Part shown: one piece after another, positions 10,921-24,473 of the stretch
How the letters are laid out: every line of letters begins with the position of its first letter
How positions within the stretch are numbered: the stretch's first letter is position 1
NCBI GenBank assembly: GCA_965199715.1
Contig: OZ241322.1
Coordinates: 928,001 to 992,000 of the forward strand
Origin: Vicinamibacteria bacterium
GTDB taxonomy: Bacteria > Acidobacteriota > Vicinamibacteria > Marinacidobacterales > Marinacidobacteraceae
Reading direction: 5' to 3'
Length of the DNA stretch: 64,000 nucleotides
Notes under the pieces: generated by a model
Seen by the model: the letters and a program-made list of their open reading frames with translations, nothing else
Databases searched by the model: none
Told to the model about the DNA's origin: nothing
Translations under genes and position numbers: made by a program

Positions 10921-12272
10921 GCGGGCTCTCTGTGGATTCGGATTCTACGCTCGCGCCCGCGCCGCTCCTCGAGGTCCAGCTTGATCGGGGCCCCCGCGAA
11001 CCCCCACCGCGCGCGGATTCTCCCGACGAGGAACGCGGGCCAGGTCGAGACGAGGTCGTCCGGGGGGCGGTTCAGGAACACCCGGAACCGCGGCGGGAAG
11101 ACCCCCGACTGGTAGCCGTAGAGCACCCGCACCTCCCTGCCCCGGCGCGACCTCGGGGCGTTGCGTCCCGCCGTCTCGGCGAGGAAGCGGTTCAGTTCGG
11201 GGGTGGGGATCCGCGTCGCGAGCCGCTCGCCGAGCGCGAAGGCCGCCTTCCAGATCGCGCCGACCCCGAGCCCGGTGAGCGCCGAGATGCGCAGCACCGG
11301 CGGGTCGGGGAGGTGGCGCAGGCGCTCGCCCACGCGCTCGCGGAGGCTGCGCCAGCGCTCGGCGCGGTCCCCGACCTCGTCCCAGCGGTTCAGCAGCACG
11401 ACCACGCCGCAGCCGGCGCGGACGGCGAGCCGCGCGATCCCGGCGTCCAGCGCGGTCGGCCCCTCGCGGGCGTCGGTCATCAGGAACGCGATCCGGGCGC
11501 GGTCGAGGGCGCGCTCGGCGAGCATCGCGGCGATTCGGTCGGCGGCCTCGAGGTCCCGGACGCCGCGGCGGACGCCGGCGGTGTCCACGAGGAGGACGTC
11601 GCGCCCCTCGACGGTCAGGAGCTCGTCCACCGGGTCGCGGGTGGTCCCCGCCGTCTCCGAGACGAGCGCCCGGTCGCGGCCGACGAGCCGGTTCAGCAAG
11701 GTGGACTTGCCGACGTTGGGGCGCCCGACGATCGCGACCCGCAGTGCGGGGGCGGGGGCGGGCGCTTCCGGTTCGGCGGGAATCGTCGCGACGACCCGGT
11801 CGAGCAGGTCGGCCACGCCGGGGCCGTGCTCGGCCGAAATCGGGATCGGGTCGCCGAGCCCCAGCTCGTGGAACTCGGCGGCGGCGGCCTCGTGGCGGCC
11901 CTCGGCCTTGTTGGCCACGAGGAGGACGGGCGGGAGGTCCCCGCGCCGGAGCTCGTCCGCGAGCAGCGCGTCGGCGTGGGTGAGGCCGGCGCGGGCGTCC
12001 ACGAGAAAGAGGACGAGGTCGCCCCGGCTCGCGGCGCGCTCGGCCAGCTCGCGGATCTCGCGGGCGTAGGGGCCGGCGTCGGGAGCGCCGGCGCCGCCGG
12101 TGTCCTGCAGCTCGAAGGAGGCGCCGTTCCACGTCGCGTCCTCCAGCCGGCCGTCGCGGGTCGAGCCGGGCCGGGCGTGGACGATGGCCGGGCGGCCCCC
12201 GAGGATGCGGTTGAAGAGGGTGGACTTGCCGACGTTGGGGCGCCCGAAGAGGGTCACCCGCGGCCGGCTCAG
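10917..12272 (-). CDS. der: Ribosome biogenesis GTPase Der (EngA)
   Basis: Two [11 protein letters not shown]-loops, TRD and DTGG/DTAG motifs, KH-like C-terminus. Start uncertain (CTG 12272 or GTG 12257). Confidence 0.93.
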   Translation of the reverse strand: MSRPRVTLFGRPNVGKSTLFNRILGGRPAIVHARPGSTRDGRLEDATWNGASFELQDTGGAGAPDAGPYAREIRELAERAASRGDLVLFLVDARAGLTHADALLADELRRGDLPPVLLVANKAEGRHEAAAAEFHELGLGDPIPISAEHGPGVADLLDRVVATIPAEPEAPAPAPALRVAIVGRPNVGKSTLLNRLVGRDRALVSETAGTTRDPVDELLTVEGRDVLLVDTAGVRRGVRDLEAADRIAAMLAERALDRARIAFLMTDAREGPTALDAGIARLAVRAGCGVVVLLNRWDEVGDRAERWRSLRERVGERLRHLPDPPVLRISALTGLGVGAIWKAAFALGERLATRIPTPELNRFLAETAGRNAPRSRRGREVRVLYGYQSGVFPPRFRVFLNRPPDDLVSTWPAFLVGRIRARWGFAGAPIKLDLEERRGRERRIRIHREPA

Positions 12273-12559
12273 CGGTCGAGATCCTTGCCGCGGCGGAAGC
12301 GGACGACGTTGCCCGGGGGGATCGCGACGACCTGGTTCGTGCGCGGGTTGCGGGCGACCCCGGTCTTGCGCGGGCGGACGACGAAGATCCCGAAGCGGCG
12401 GATCTCCACCCGGCCGCCGGCGCCGAGCGTGTCCCCGAGCGCGCGGAACACGCACTCGACCGCCGCCTTGACCTGCTTGCGTCCCGGCGGCGGGGGCCGC
12501 GAGCGGTCCGGAAGATCGGTCGCCGCGAGGCAGCGCCGGATGAGGTCTTCCTTCACCAT
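12269..12559 (-). CDS. HU/IHF-family DNA-binding protein
   Basis: MVKEDLI...GRVEIRRFGIFVVRPRKTGVARNPRT...VRFRRGKDL. Confidence 0.9.
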   Translation of the reverse strand: MVKEDLIRRCLAATDLPDRSRPPPPGRKQVKAAVECVFRALGDTLGAGGRVEIRRFGIFVVRPRKTGVARNPRTNQVVAIPPGNVVRFRRGKDLDR

Positions 12560-12595
12560 GCCGGTCAGGCGCGATAATCCCGGCGGACGGACGGC

Positions 12596-13810
12596 ATGGA
12601 ACGGGCGAGGATACCGCACGAGGGGCCGCTCGTCGTGCTCGGAGTGACCGGGTGCATCGGGGCCTACAAGACGCCGGAGCTGGTGCGGCGCCTGCGGGAC
12701 CGGGGGTTTCGGGTGCAAGTCGCGCTGACGCGGGCGGCGCGGGAGTTCGTCGCGCCGCTCGCGCTCGCGACGGTCTCCGGAAATCCGGTGCGGGAGAGCC
12801 TGTTCGCGCCCGAGGAGGTCGCCGACGGGGACGTCCGGCACATCTCGCTGACGGAGGAGACCGCGGTCTTCCTCGTGGCGCCGGCCACCGCGCACGCGAT
12901 CGCCCGGATGGCGCTCGGGCTGGCCGACGACTTCCTGACGACGTTCCACCTCGCCGTGCGGGCGCCCACGCTGGTCGCGCCGGCGATGAACACGAACATG
13001 CTGGAGCACCCGGCGACCGCGGGGCACCTGGAGACGCTGCGGCGGCGGGGGGTCCGGATCGTCGAGCCGGGAGCGGGGGAGCTCGCCTGCGGCTGGTTCG
13101 GCCCGGGGCGGCTCGCGCCGGTCGAGGAGATCGTCGCGGCGGCCCGGGACGCGCTCGGGCCGCGGGACCTCGCGGGGCGGCGGGTGGTCGTGGCCGCGGG
13201 GCCGACGCGGGAGCCGATCGATCCGGTGCGGTATCTCGGCAACCGGTCGTCGGGGAAGATGGGGTTCGCGCTCGCGGAGCGGGCGGCGGCGCGGGGGGCT
13301 TCGGCGACGCTCGTGCTGGGGCCGGTCGGCCGGGAGCCGCCTTCGGGGTGCGAGGTGGTGCGGGTGGGGAGCGCCCGGGAGATGCGCGACGCGGTGGTCG
13401 CGCGGCGGGACTGCGACGCGGTGGTCATGGCGGCGGCGGTCGCCGACTTCCGCCCGGCGGAGCTTCCCGAGAAGCTGAAGCGGGGGGAGCGGGAGACGCT
13501 GCGGCTGGATCTGGTCCGGAACCCGGACGTGCTCGCCGAGCTGGGTTCCGACCGGTCGAAGGGGCCGCGGGCGCTCGTCGGGTTCGCCGCCGAGACCGGC
13601 GATCCGGAGGCGGAGGCGCGGCGGAAGCTCCGGGCGAAGGGGGCGGACCTGATCGTCGGGAACCGGGTGGGCGCCGGAGTCGGGTTCGGGACCGACCGGA
13701 TCGAGGCCGCGCTGGTCGAGAGTTCGGGCGTCGAGCGGCTCGGGGAGGCGACGAAGCGCGAGGTCGCGGACGCGGTGTGGGACCGGGTGGCGCGGCGGCT
13801 TTCCGGTTGA
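12596..13810 (+). CDS. coaBC: Bifunctional phosphopantothenoylcysteine decarboxylase/phosphopantothenate-cysteine ligase
   Basis: [65 protein letters not shown]. Confidence 0.97.
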   Translation: MERARIPHEGPLVVLGVTGCIGAYKTPELVRRLRDRGFRVQVALTRAAREFVAPLALATVSGNPVRESLFAPEEVADGDVRHISLTEETAVFLVAPATAHAIARMALGLADDFLTTFHLAVRAPTLVAPAMNTNMLEHPATAGHLETLRRRGVRIVEPGAGELACGWFGPGRLAPVEEIVAAARDALGPRDLAGRRVVVAAGPTREPIDPVRYLGNRSSGKMGFALAERAAARGASATLVLGPVGREPPSGCEVVRVGSAREMRDAVVARRDCDAVVMAAAVADFRPAELPEKLKRGERETLRLDLVRNPDVLAELGSDRSKGPRALVGFAAETGDPEAEARRKLRAKGADLIVGNRVGAGVGFGTDRIEAALVESSGVERLGEATKREVADAVWDRVARRLSG

Positions 13811-14436
13811 ATCCGCGGGAGCAGGTCCGGGCGCGGCTGCGGCTGCTGCGGGACCTGACCGATTTCGTCGGGTCCGGGGAGACGCTGCGGGAGATTCGGG
13901 CGGATCTCGGCGACTGCCGCCGGTGTCCGCTGGCGGAGGGGCGGCGGACGCTCGTGTTCGGGTCCGGGAATCCTCGGGCGCCGCTCATGTTCGTGGGGGA
14001 AGGCCCGGGGGCCGAGGAGGACCGGCGGGGCGAGCCGTTCGTGGGGCGCGCCGGGGAGGGGCTGAACCGGCTGCTGCGCGACGGGTTCGGGATGGAGCGG
14101 GAGGCGGTCTATATCGCGAACGTGGTCAAGTGCCGGCCGCCGGGGAACCGGGATCCGGCGCCGGGGGAGGTCGCCGAGTGCGAGCCGTTCCTGCGGCGGC
14201 AGATCCGGTCGGTGCGTCCCCGGGTGCTGGTCGCGCTCGGGCGGGTGGCGCTGCAGGCGCTCGTGCCCGGGGCGCGGGGGATCGGGGCGATGCGCGGGCG
14301 GGCGCTCGAGTTCGAGGGGATTCCGCTGGTGCCGACGTTCCACCCGGCGTTCCTGCTGCGGCTGTCCGGGGAGGAGGGGGAGCGACGGCGGGCGGAGGCG
14401 CTTTCGGACTGCGCGGTCGCTCGGGGGTTCCTGTAG
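13807..14436 (+). CDS. Uracil-DNA glycosylase family 4
   Basis: CRRCPL Fe-S motif, [35 protein letters not shown] start overlaps the coaBC stop. Confidence 0.93.
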   Translation: MNPREQVRARLRLLRDLTDFVGSGETLREIRADLGDCRRCPLAEGRRTLVFGSGNPRAPLMFVGEGPGAEEDRRGEPFVGRAGEGLNRLLRDGFGMEREAVYIANVVKCRPPGNRDPAPGEVAECEPFLRRQIRSVRPRVLVALGRVALQALVPGARGIGAMRGRALEFEGIPLVPTFHPAFLLRLSGEEGERRRAEALSDCAVARGFL

Positions 14437-14439
14437 GGG

Positions 14440-14632
14440 TCCGTCGGCGAGCGCGGCGAAGAGCGCGGCGATCCCCGCCAGGAGCGTGATCTCGACGGGG
14501 AAGCGCCGCGGGGACGTCGCTTCGACCTGTCGAAGCGCTTGCGGATCCTCCCTTCGGACGCGGCGGTCGCGGCCGTCAGGTCGTCGAAGCGCCTGTCGAT
14601 CGGATCCTCGGACGCCGTGGGCCGGACGGCCG
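14440..14632 (-). pseudogene. Degenerate copy of the adjacent coiled-coil tail-anchored gene
   Basis: AVRPTASEDPIDRRFDDLTAATAASEGRIRKRFD aligns with AVRLTASEDRTGKRFDELKAEIVASEERSGKRFD. A frameshift precedes the hydrophobic tail ITLLAGIAALFAAL. Confidence 0.65.
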
Positions 14633-14703
14633 GCGCAGCCCGCTTTCGGGGAACGCCCGCTGAAGCGTCGGCGCGTTCCGCTGGGTCGGGGATGCAGGGG
14701 GGA

Positions 14704-15216
14704 TCAGAAGCCGAAGATACGCGCCACGAAGGACAGGACAATGGCCCCGACGACCATCCAGAAAAGGTATCTCGGATACTTGCGCGAGTCCGCGATCTCG
14801 GCCTTCAGCTCGTCGAAGCGCTTGCCGCTCCTCTCTTCGGACGCGACGATCTCGGCCTTCAGGTTCTTCTCGGACGCGACGATCTCGGCCTTCAGCTCGT
14901 CGAAGCGCTTGCCGGTCCGATCCTCGGACGCCGTGAGCCGGACGGCCAGGTCGCTGATCGCCAAGCCGAGACTCGCGACCTTCTCCTCCAGAACGGCCAC
15001 GCGGGCCTCGAGCGCGTTCAGCCGGATCCCGAGCGCGTTCAGCCGGGTCTCGAGTCCGGTGAACCGGGTCCGAATGTCGTTGAGCGCGTCGGTGACGACC
15101 ATACCCACACCCTCCGTGAGCCAAGTATAGGCGCTCGGAGGAGGGGCGGGCGGCTGCGGGGAGTCGGCGTCGGGACGGACGACGGGGGCAGGCGGGGGAA
15201 GTCTGCGCGAACACAT
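14704..15216 (-). CDS. Coiled-coil protein with C-terminal TM anchor (DUF1640/CCDC90-like architecture)
   Basis: Heptad and 11-residue repeats (LKAEIVASEKN/LKAEIVASEER), C-terminal LFWMVVGAIVLSFVARIFGF. An alternative start at ATG 15102 has a GGAGGG RBS. Confidence 0.8.
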   Translation of the reverse strand: MCSRRLPPPAPVVRPDADSPQPPAPPPSAYTWLTEGVGMVVTDALNDIRTRFTGLETRLNALGIRLNALEARVAVLEEKVASLGLAISDLAVRLTASEDRTGKRFDELKAEIVASEKNLKAEIVASEERSGKRFDELKAEIADSRKYPRYLFWMVVGAIVLSFVARIFGF

Positions 15217-15263
15217 GCATGGTCAACACGCAGCTCAGCCGATTTCCGTGCGCGAAAAAGGCG

Positions 15264-15279
15264 AATTGGGGAAAACTTT
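15264..15279 (-). promoter_or_regulatory. Shared upstream motif copy 1 (AAAGTTTTCCCCAATT)
   Basis: 15/16 identical to 45072..45087. Both lie 46-47 nt upstream of candidate starts of coiled-coil tail-anchored genes. Confidence 0.5.
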
Positions 15280-15739
15280 CTTCGCTGGCGGCTCGTCTCG
15301 GTCGTGCGCCGTCGCGTTCGGGGGAGGCCGAACGGGACGATCCAGCCGAGAAGCGGGATCCGCGCGCTGATCCAATCGCCGCGCCGGTCCGCGCTTCGAG
15401 GTCGTCGAGGCGACTGTCGATCGGACGAGGCGGGCTTCGACGCGCTCGTGCGTTCGGGGCGGCTTGGGTGAGTTCTTCGGGGCCTCGGCGTTCCGGTCCC
15501 GGACCGCTCCCACGACCACGGCGAGCGGCAGCCCGATCGTCAGCCCTGCAACGACATGCGCGACGCGCTCGACCCACTCGAAGAGCGCATCCGAACCCGA
15601 GCCGGACGTCAGGTTCCGGCTCCGGCCGCCGCGGCGGCGAGGAACGCGAATCCGGCGAGCCCCGCCGGGCGTGCGCGAGACGTTCAGCAGCGACCATCCC
15701 CATGACCTCCGACCGTGAGGATGGCCGGTCGGCGGGACG

Positions 15740-17926
15740 CTACAGGCGGAAGAGGTAGTTGAACTTCAGCGAGAGGCTGCGGTTGCGGACGAAGAAGGAC
15801 TCGGCCCATTCGTCCAGCTCGGTGTACACGAGGAACACGTCGGCGCCCGGCTTCGGAATCCAGTTGAACCGGACGTTCGAGGCGAGGTCGCCGGTGGCCT
15901 CGTTGTACTGGAACAGCCCGAGCAGGATCACGTCGTTGCGGAAGGCGAGCTGCATGCGGGTCGAGACGAGGTGGGTGTTCAGGTCGCCGCCGGGGAGGCG
16001 GAGCCGGTTGTACGAGTAGTTCGTCCGCACGCCGAGGTTGCGGTTGACCCGGTAGTTGGTCCCCACCGACCAGATGTCCCGCGTGCCGCCCCAGAACCCG
16101 CCGAACTCGTAGGAGGCGTTCAGGATGGCGTAGCGGCGGCGGAAGGTGTTGACGCCGAACTGGTAGCGGCGGAAGGGGTAGGTCCCCGCGGGGATCGCGA
16201 CGTCCTGGATCGCGTGATCCTCGGTGGTGAACTCGTACTGGTCCACGAACTCGAAGGACAGCTCGTCGCCGCTCTCGAAGGTCGCGCGGGCGCTGGCCTG
16301 GGTGCGGCGGGTCTCGAGGACCGCGGCGAGGTTCGCGGTCCGGTTCTGGTTGGCGGTGAAGTGAAGCTGCCGCATCCACGGCGCGGACGGACGCGGGGAG
16401 TAGCGGGCCTGGAGGTAGGTCTTGCGGATCCCCGCGCGGCGGACGAACCCGACGCCGGGGTCGAAGTTCTCGCCGATCCGGATGTGCTTCGCGATCCCGC
16501 CCCAAGTGTCGGTGTCGAGCGTGAGCCGGCCGCTCGCGACCCCCGACTTGCCCCGGTCGGCGCCCTCGTCGAGCCCCGCGAGCAGCCCCTGGAAGGTCCA
16601 GACGTCGCGGAAGTAGAGGTTCGTGTCCACGCCGGCCACCCGGTTGAAGCCGAGGTCGCTGCTGCGGTCGGTGAACACCGCGCCGATCGTGGAGCGGGAC
16701 CAGACGTCCCGCCGCACGCGCGCCACGGTGAAGCGCTCGCCCGGCGCGCCGCCGTGCGCCCCGGTGGCCATCCCCATGAGGCCGAGCGCGTAGGCTCCCT
16801 GCCGCCCGGACATGCGGGCGCCGCCGAGGATGGGGATGGGCTCGCCGCCGTCCGAAAGGCCGATCCGCCGGGTGAAGACGACGTCCACGTCCCGGACCTC
16901 GCCGAACTCGAAGTTCCGCTGCCCCTCGAGGAAAATCTGGCGCTTCTCCGGAAACCGCAGCGAGAAGCGGGTGAAGTTCTGCTGGAGGTCGTCCACCTCG
17001 GCCTGCGCGAAGTCGGTGTTCAGGGTGAAGTCGGCGGTCAGGCCCGGGGTCACGCCCCACTTCACGTCGAGCCCGCCGTCGGTCTCGCGGGGCTCGCCGT
17101 CGAACTCGCCGCCGCCCCGGGCCGAGCCGAGGCCCCACGGGCGGATCTCCACGTTGCGGCCCGGCCGGACGTCGGCCATGCCGACGAGCTGGCCGAGCTC
17201 GGACGGGCGGTACCAGGTCGAGTCGTTGGGGACGAAGGGCCAGTACACCTCCTCGTTCTTCGAGGGGATGTTGCGCTTGAAGCCGACCCCGAAGGCGACC
17301 GGGGCGCCCGGCTCGGGGGCGCGGAAGCGAAGCGACTTGAGCGGGATGCGGACCTCGGCGGTCCAGCCGCCGGGGGTCGTGGCGCCCCGCGATTCCCAGA
17401 CCGTGTCCCAGTCGAGGTTGCGGGTCTCCGGCCCCTGCCCGTTCTGGCTCATGTCGAACAGGACGCCGTTCGAGTTGGTCGCGAGGAAGACGGCGCTGCG
17501 CTGGGCGTTGTAGGCGTCCAGCATGATCGCGACCGCGTCGTCGCTGCCGATGTTCTCGTCGCGGAACATGGTGCGGGGGCGGTTCTTCTCGGCGTCGGCG
17601 ATCGTGCAGAAGAAGCTGAAGTAGATGTTCTCGTCGTCGAAGAGCGCGCGGACCACGGTGGTCTCGGTCGAGGGGAGGCCCTCGAAGCTCTCGCGCTGGT
17701 AGAAGTCGCCGATGGGGCGGGCGCGCTCCCACGCGGCCTCGTCCAGCCGGCCGTCCACGACGACCGGCTCGTCGGTGCGCTCGGCGTGGAGCGTCCAGTC
17801 GCGGTCGGAGAGCGCGGCGACGCGGGCCTCGCGGTCCATTTCCCGGAGCTGGCCGGGCGAGGGGCTGGTCGGCGGCGGGAGCGCGAGCTGGGCGACGGCC
17901 AGCAGGACGGGCGCGGCCGGGCTCAT
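15740..17926 (-). CDS. CBM9-like plus DUF5916 domain outer-membrane/secreted protein
   Basis: VDGRLDEAAW, WTAEVRIPLKSLRF, DFTLNTDFAQAEVD, FSLRFPEKRQIFLEG, beta-strand-rich C-terminus ending KFNYLFRL. Confidence 0.88.
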   Translation of the reverse strand: MSPAAPVLLAVAQLALPPPTSPSPGQLREMDREARVAALSDRDWTLHAERTDEPVVVDGRLDEAAWERARPIGDFYQRESFEGLPSTETTVVRALFDDENIYFSFFCTIADAEKNRPRTMFRDENIGSDDAVAIMLDAYNAQRSAVFLATNSNGVLFDMSQNGQGPETRNLDWDTVWESRGATTPGGWTAEVRIPLKSLRFRAPEPGAPVAFGVGFKRNIPSKNEEVYWPFVPNDSTWYRPSELGQLVGMADVRPGRNVEIRPWGLGSARGGGEFDGEPRETDGGLDVKWGVTPGLTADFTLNTDFAQAEVDDLQQNFTRFSLRFPEKRQIFLEGQRNFEFGEVRDVDVVFTRRIGLSDGGEPIPILGGARMSGRQGAYALGLMGMATGAHGGAPGERFTVARVRRDVWSRSTIGAVFTDRSSDLGFNRVAGVDTNLYFRDVWTFQGLLAGLDEGADRGKSGVASGRLTLDTDTWGGIAKHIRIGENFDPGVGFVRRAGIRKTYLQARYSPRPSAPWMRQLHFTANQNRTANLAAVLETRRTQASARATFESGDELSFEFVDQYEFTTEDHAIQDVAIPAGTYPFRRYQFGVNTFRRRYAILNASYEFGGFWGGTRDIWSVGTNYRVNRNLGVRTNYSYNRLRLPGGDLNTHLVSTRMQLAFRNDVILLGLFQYNEATGDLASNVRFNWIPKPGADVFLVYTELDEWAESFFVRNRSLSLKFNYLFRL

Positions 17927-18895
17927 TCAGCCGATCGCGAATCCCGACGCGATTTCCATGAACCAGGGCTCGACGCCGCGGTAGAGCGTGTTCTGGCAGT
18001 GGAAGCGGAACAGATACGTATAGCCGCCCGCCGCCTTGTAGATCACCCACTCGAGGAAGTCGGCGTGCTGGGTCTCGACCGCGTAGAGCACCGCGATCCC
18101 GCCGTCGTCGAGGACGTCGTGGCGGAGCATCCGGTAGCTGTCGCCGAGCGTCTCCACCTCCGCCGCGTAGAACGCCTCGAGCGAGGAGTCGGGGAGCGCG
18201 CGGCGGACGGTCACGTCGAGCGTGGCGTGCACGCTCGCGCCGTTCGCGTCCACGGCGAGCGGGCCGCTGCGGAAGCCGACGACGAGGCTCTCGGCGCCCT
18301 GCTTGAGCACGTGGGAGCGGGTCCAGCTCTCCGGGTAGGGCACCACGAGGCCGAAGTCGTCGTCGGCCCAGGCGTCGAAGAACTCGAGCGACTCGACCGC
18401 GAAGTCCTCGTAGATCGTGTCGAGGATGGAGCCGTAGGCGAGCACGCTGCGGGCCTCGCCGGTCGTGTACACGCCGTAGAGCGTGCCGGCGACGTCGGCG
18501 AGCAGGAGCCGGCCCGACTGCGGGCGGCGCTCCCACTCGAAGGTCCAGACCGCGCCCTCGTGGCCGCCGGCGCTCCAGGGGGCCTCGGAGAGCACCGAGT
18601 GCTCGCCCATGTAGAACTGGTCCGCGACCTCGCGCAGGCTCTGGCCGGTCGGGAGCGGGCCGGCCATGACCTGGATCTGGATGCCGTCGCGCTCGGGGAT
18701 GTCCACCGAGGGACCGGTGAAGGTGGCCATGCGGTAGCCGCCCTGCCGGCTCGTCGCGGACGACCAGCCCCGGGGGAGCGGCAGCGACACGCCGACCTCG
18801 GGGGCGTACACGGTGATGAGGTCCGGCCGGCCGGAGAGGTCGGCGAGGCAGCTTCCGGACGCCAGCAGGACGGCGGCGGCGGCGAGAAACCTCAT
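17927..18895 (-). CDS. Hypothetical lipoprotein, possibly two PsbP-like domains
   Basis: Signal peptide with Cys, repeated GVSLPLPRGW / FGLVVPYPESW motifs, translationally adjacent to guaB. Confidence 0.65.
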   Translation of the reverse strand: MRFLAAAAVLLASGSCLADLSGRPDLITVYAPEVGVSLPLPRGWSSATSRQGGYRMATFTGPSVDIPERDGIQIQVMAGPLPTGQSLREVADQFYMGEHSVLSEAPWSAGGHEGAVWTFEWERRPQSGRLLLADVAGTLYGVYTTGEARSVLAYGSILDTIYEDFAVESLEFFDAWADDDFGLVVPYPESWTRSHVLKQGAESLVVGFRSGPLAVDANGASVHATLDVTVRRALPDSSLEAFYAAEVETLGDSYRMLRHDVLDDGGIAVLYAVETQHADFLEWVIYKAAGGYTYLFRFHCQNTLYRGVEPWFMEIASGFAIG

Positions 18896-18897
18896 GG

Positions 18898-20345
18898 CTA
18901 CTCCAGCCGATAGTTCGGGGCTTCCTTGGTGACGACGACGTCGTGCGCGTGGCTCTCGCGCTGGCCGGCGCCGGTGACCCGGATGAACTCGGCGTTCGCC
19001 TGGAGCTCGGGGACGGTGCGGCAGCCGGCGTAGCCCATGCCGGCGCGCAGCCCGCCGATCAACTGATCCACGACGCCGAGCAGCGGTCCCTTGGTGGGCA
19101 CGCGGCCCTCGATGCCCTCGGGGACCAGTTTCGACCGGGGCTGGCCGGCCTGCGCGTAGCGGTCGGCGGCGCCGGCGTGCATCGCGCCGAGCGAACCCAT
19201 GCCGCGGTAGGTCTTGAAGGCGCGGCCCTGGTAGAGGATCGTCTCGCCGGGGCTCTCGTCGGTCCCGGCGAGCAGGTTGCCGACCATGACCGAGTCGGCG
19301 CCCGCGCCGACGGCCTTGACGAGGTCGCCGCTGAAGCGGACGCCGCCGTCGGCGATGACCGGGACTTCGGCCGCCGCGCTCACCTCCATGATCGCCGAGA
19401 CCTGCGGCATGCCGGTTCCGGCGACGACGCGGGTGGTGCAGATGGAGCCCGGCCCCATGCCGACCTTGAGTCCGTCCGCGCCGGCGCTCGCGAGGTCGCG
19501 GGCGGCGGCCGCGGTGGCGATGTTGCCGGCGACGAGATCGACCGAGTCGGGGAGTTCCCGGCGGAGGCGGGCGACGGCGTCGAGGCAGCTCTTCGTATGG
19601 CCGTGCGCGGTATCGACCACGATCGCGTCCACGTCGCGCTCGACGAGCCGGCGAGCGCGCTCGATCCCGGCGTCGCCCGCGCCGGTGGCGGCGGCGCAGC
19701 GGAGCCGCCCGAGGCGGTCCTTGGTCGCGTTCGGGTAGTTGCGGGCCTTCTGGATGTCCTTCACCGTGAGGAGGCCGACGAGCGTGCCCGCGGCGTCCAC
19801 GACGGGCAGCTTCTCGACGCGGCGCTCGTGGAGCGTGCGCCGCGCGTCCTCGAGCGTCGCGCCCTCGGGCGCGGTCGCCGGGTTCGGGGTCATGAGGTCG
19901 CGGACGAGGAGCTCGGCCGAAGGCTCGAAGCGCAGGTCGCGGCTGGTCAGGATGCCCACGAGCTTGCCGCCCCGGATCACCGGAAGCCCGGAGATCCCCT
20001 GGCGCTCCATGAGCGCCCGCGCCTCGCCGACCGAGGTCTCGGGGGCCACGGTCACCGGATCCACGACCATGCCGCTTTCCGACCGCTTCACCTTGGCGAC
20101 CTCCTCGGCCTGGCGCTGCGGGGTCAGGTTGCGGTGGATGACGCCGATCCCGCCGGCCTGGGCGATCGCGATCGCGAGCCGGGCCTCGGTGACGGTGTCC
20201 ATCGCGGCGCTCACGACCGGGGCCTGGAGCGGGATGCGGCGGCTGAACCGGGTGCGGAGGTCCGCTTCCGCGGGCAGGACCGCCGAGAAGCGCGGGCGCA
20301 GGAGGACGTCGTCGAAGGTGAGCGTCAGCGGGGGCGCGGATCCGG

Positions 20346-20349
<4 letters not shown>
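18898..20349 (-). CDS. guaB: IMP dehydrogenase
   Basis: [20 protein letters not shown] pair, [30 protein letters not shown]. Confidence 0.98.
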
Positions 20350-23072
<2,723 letters not shown>

Positions 23073-23119
23073 GGAATGGCTGCGGAGTCTAGTGCGGCGG
23101 CGGGGGGATCGGCGGGGCG

Positions 23120-24040
23120 TCAGCCCGGCGTGGGGGCGGGCCTCGGGGCGAGCGCGTAGTCCACGATGAAGTCGAGCGGATTGCGCGCCCGGCCGTCCAC
23201 CCAGATCTCGTAATGGAGGTGGGGGGCGCGGCTTCGGCCGGTGTTGCCGACGGCTCCGAGAACCTGCCGGCGGCGCAGGCGCTGGCCGCTGCGGACGTCG
23301 ATGCGCGAGAGGTGCGCGTAGCGGGTCACGACCCCGAATCCGTGGGAGACGACGACGTGCTTTCCGAAGGTGGGCGAGGAGCCGGTCTCGAGCACCGTCC
23401 CGTCGGCGGTGGCCCGCACCGCAACGCCGACGTTCGTCGAGACGTCGAGCCCGTGGTGCCACTCGATCGCGCCGGTGAACGGATCCGGGCGCCTGCCGTA
23501 GCCCGACGAGACGTAGCCCCGGACCGGCCAGATCGTGGGGGTCGAGGCCATCAGCAGGCTCCTTTCCCGCAGCACCCGCTCGAGCGCGACGCCCTGCTCG
23601 TCGAGGCGGGCGAGGCGCGAGGAGAGTTCGTCGATGCGGGCGCTCACGTAGTCGAAGCCGGTCGCGGCCGAAGACGCGCCGCCGAGGCCCTCCAACTGGC
23701 GCTCGACCGGCTCGGCGCCGGCGAGGACCGCGAGGCGGCGGAGCTGCACCTCGATCCCCTCGATCTGGTTCGCGAGCCGCTCGGCCTCGCGGGCGTGCTC
23801 GGCGCCCTGGTTCCGCAGGCTCTCCCGCTCGCGCGCCAGCTCGCGGTCGTACGCGCCGCCGCGCAGGATCAGCCAGCCGTGGTGGCCGAGCTGCAGGACC
23901 GCGAGGGCCGCCGCGACCCGGACCGCGAGGCCGAGCCAGCGGGGCGTCCGGAACTGGCCCGGACCGCCGCCGCCCGGCGGATGGACGGCGATCAGCGTTC
24001 TGGCGGGGAGCTTGAAGCACTGGAACGCCCGCATGGTCAT
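23120..24040 (-). CDS. M23 family metallopeptidase
   Basis: TM plus coiled coil, [31 protein letters not shown]. Confidence 0.93.
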   Translation of the reverse strand: MTMRAFQCFKLPARTLIAVHPPGGGGPGQFRTPRWLGLAVRVAAALAVLQLGHHGWLILRGGAYDRELARERESLRNQGAEHAREAERLANQIEGIEVQLRRLAVLAGAEPVERQLEGLGGASSAATGFDYVSARIDELSSRLARLDEQGVALERVLRERSLLMASTPTIWPVRGYVSSGYGRRPDPFTGAIEWHHGLDVSTNVGVAVRATADGTVLETGSSPTFGKHVVVSHGFGVVTRYAHLSRIDVRSGQRLRRRQVLGAVGNTGRSRAPHLHYEIWVDGRARNPLDFIVDYALAPRPAPTPG

Positions 24041-24423
24041 GGATTTCCGGCGGAGTTTATGGCGTCGGCGTCAGATCGTGTCAAGCGGAGCCGCGGAAGG
24101 TCCTCGTTTCCGAACGCGACGGACTCGCCGGCGAGGATGCGTTCCGTCTTGGCGAGCGCCGAGCGCACCGGCTCGAGAAGGCCGTCGGAGTCCACCGGGA
24201 GCGGGACCTCCTCGATCAGCCGCAGGCCCTGCGAGAGAAGGCTGCGGGCGCCGGGAAAGCTGGACGTCCGGAGGTGGTGCATGCCCGCCGCGACGAAGAT
24301 GAGCGCCTTGAGCGCGGTCCGCTTCGGGCCGCGCGCGCCCGCCCATTCTTCCTCGAGCGCGTCGTGGCGCGCGTAGTACTGCTTCGCGTTGAAGAGGCGC
24401 GCGGCCTCGGCGAGGGGATCCAC
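24037..24423 (-). CDS. DUF309 domain protein
   Basis: [18 protein letters not shown]...[12 protein letters not shown] matches the FN...HE..E..W family pattern. Confidence 0.75.
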   Translation of the reverse strand: MDPLAEAARLFNAKQYYARHDALEEEWAGARGPKRTALKALIFVAAGMHHLRTSSFPGARSLLSQGLRLIEEVPLPVDSDGLLEPVRSALAKTERILAGESVAFGNEDLPRLRLTRSDADAINSAGNP

Positions 24424-24473
24424 TCGGGGAGGCCAGCGGCGGTTAGGATTCCGGCGACCCTTCCGGGATCGCC

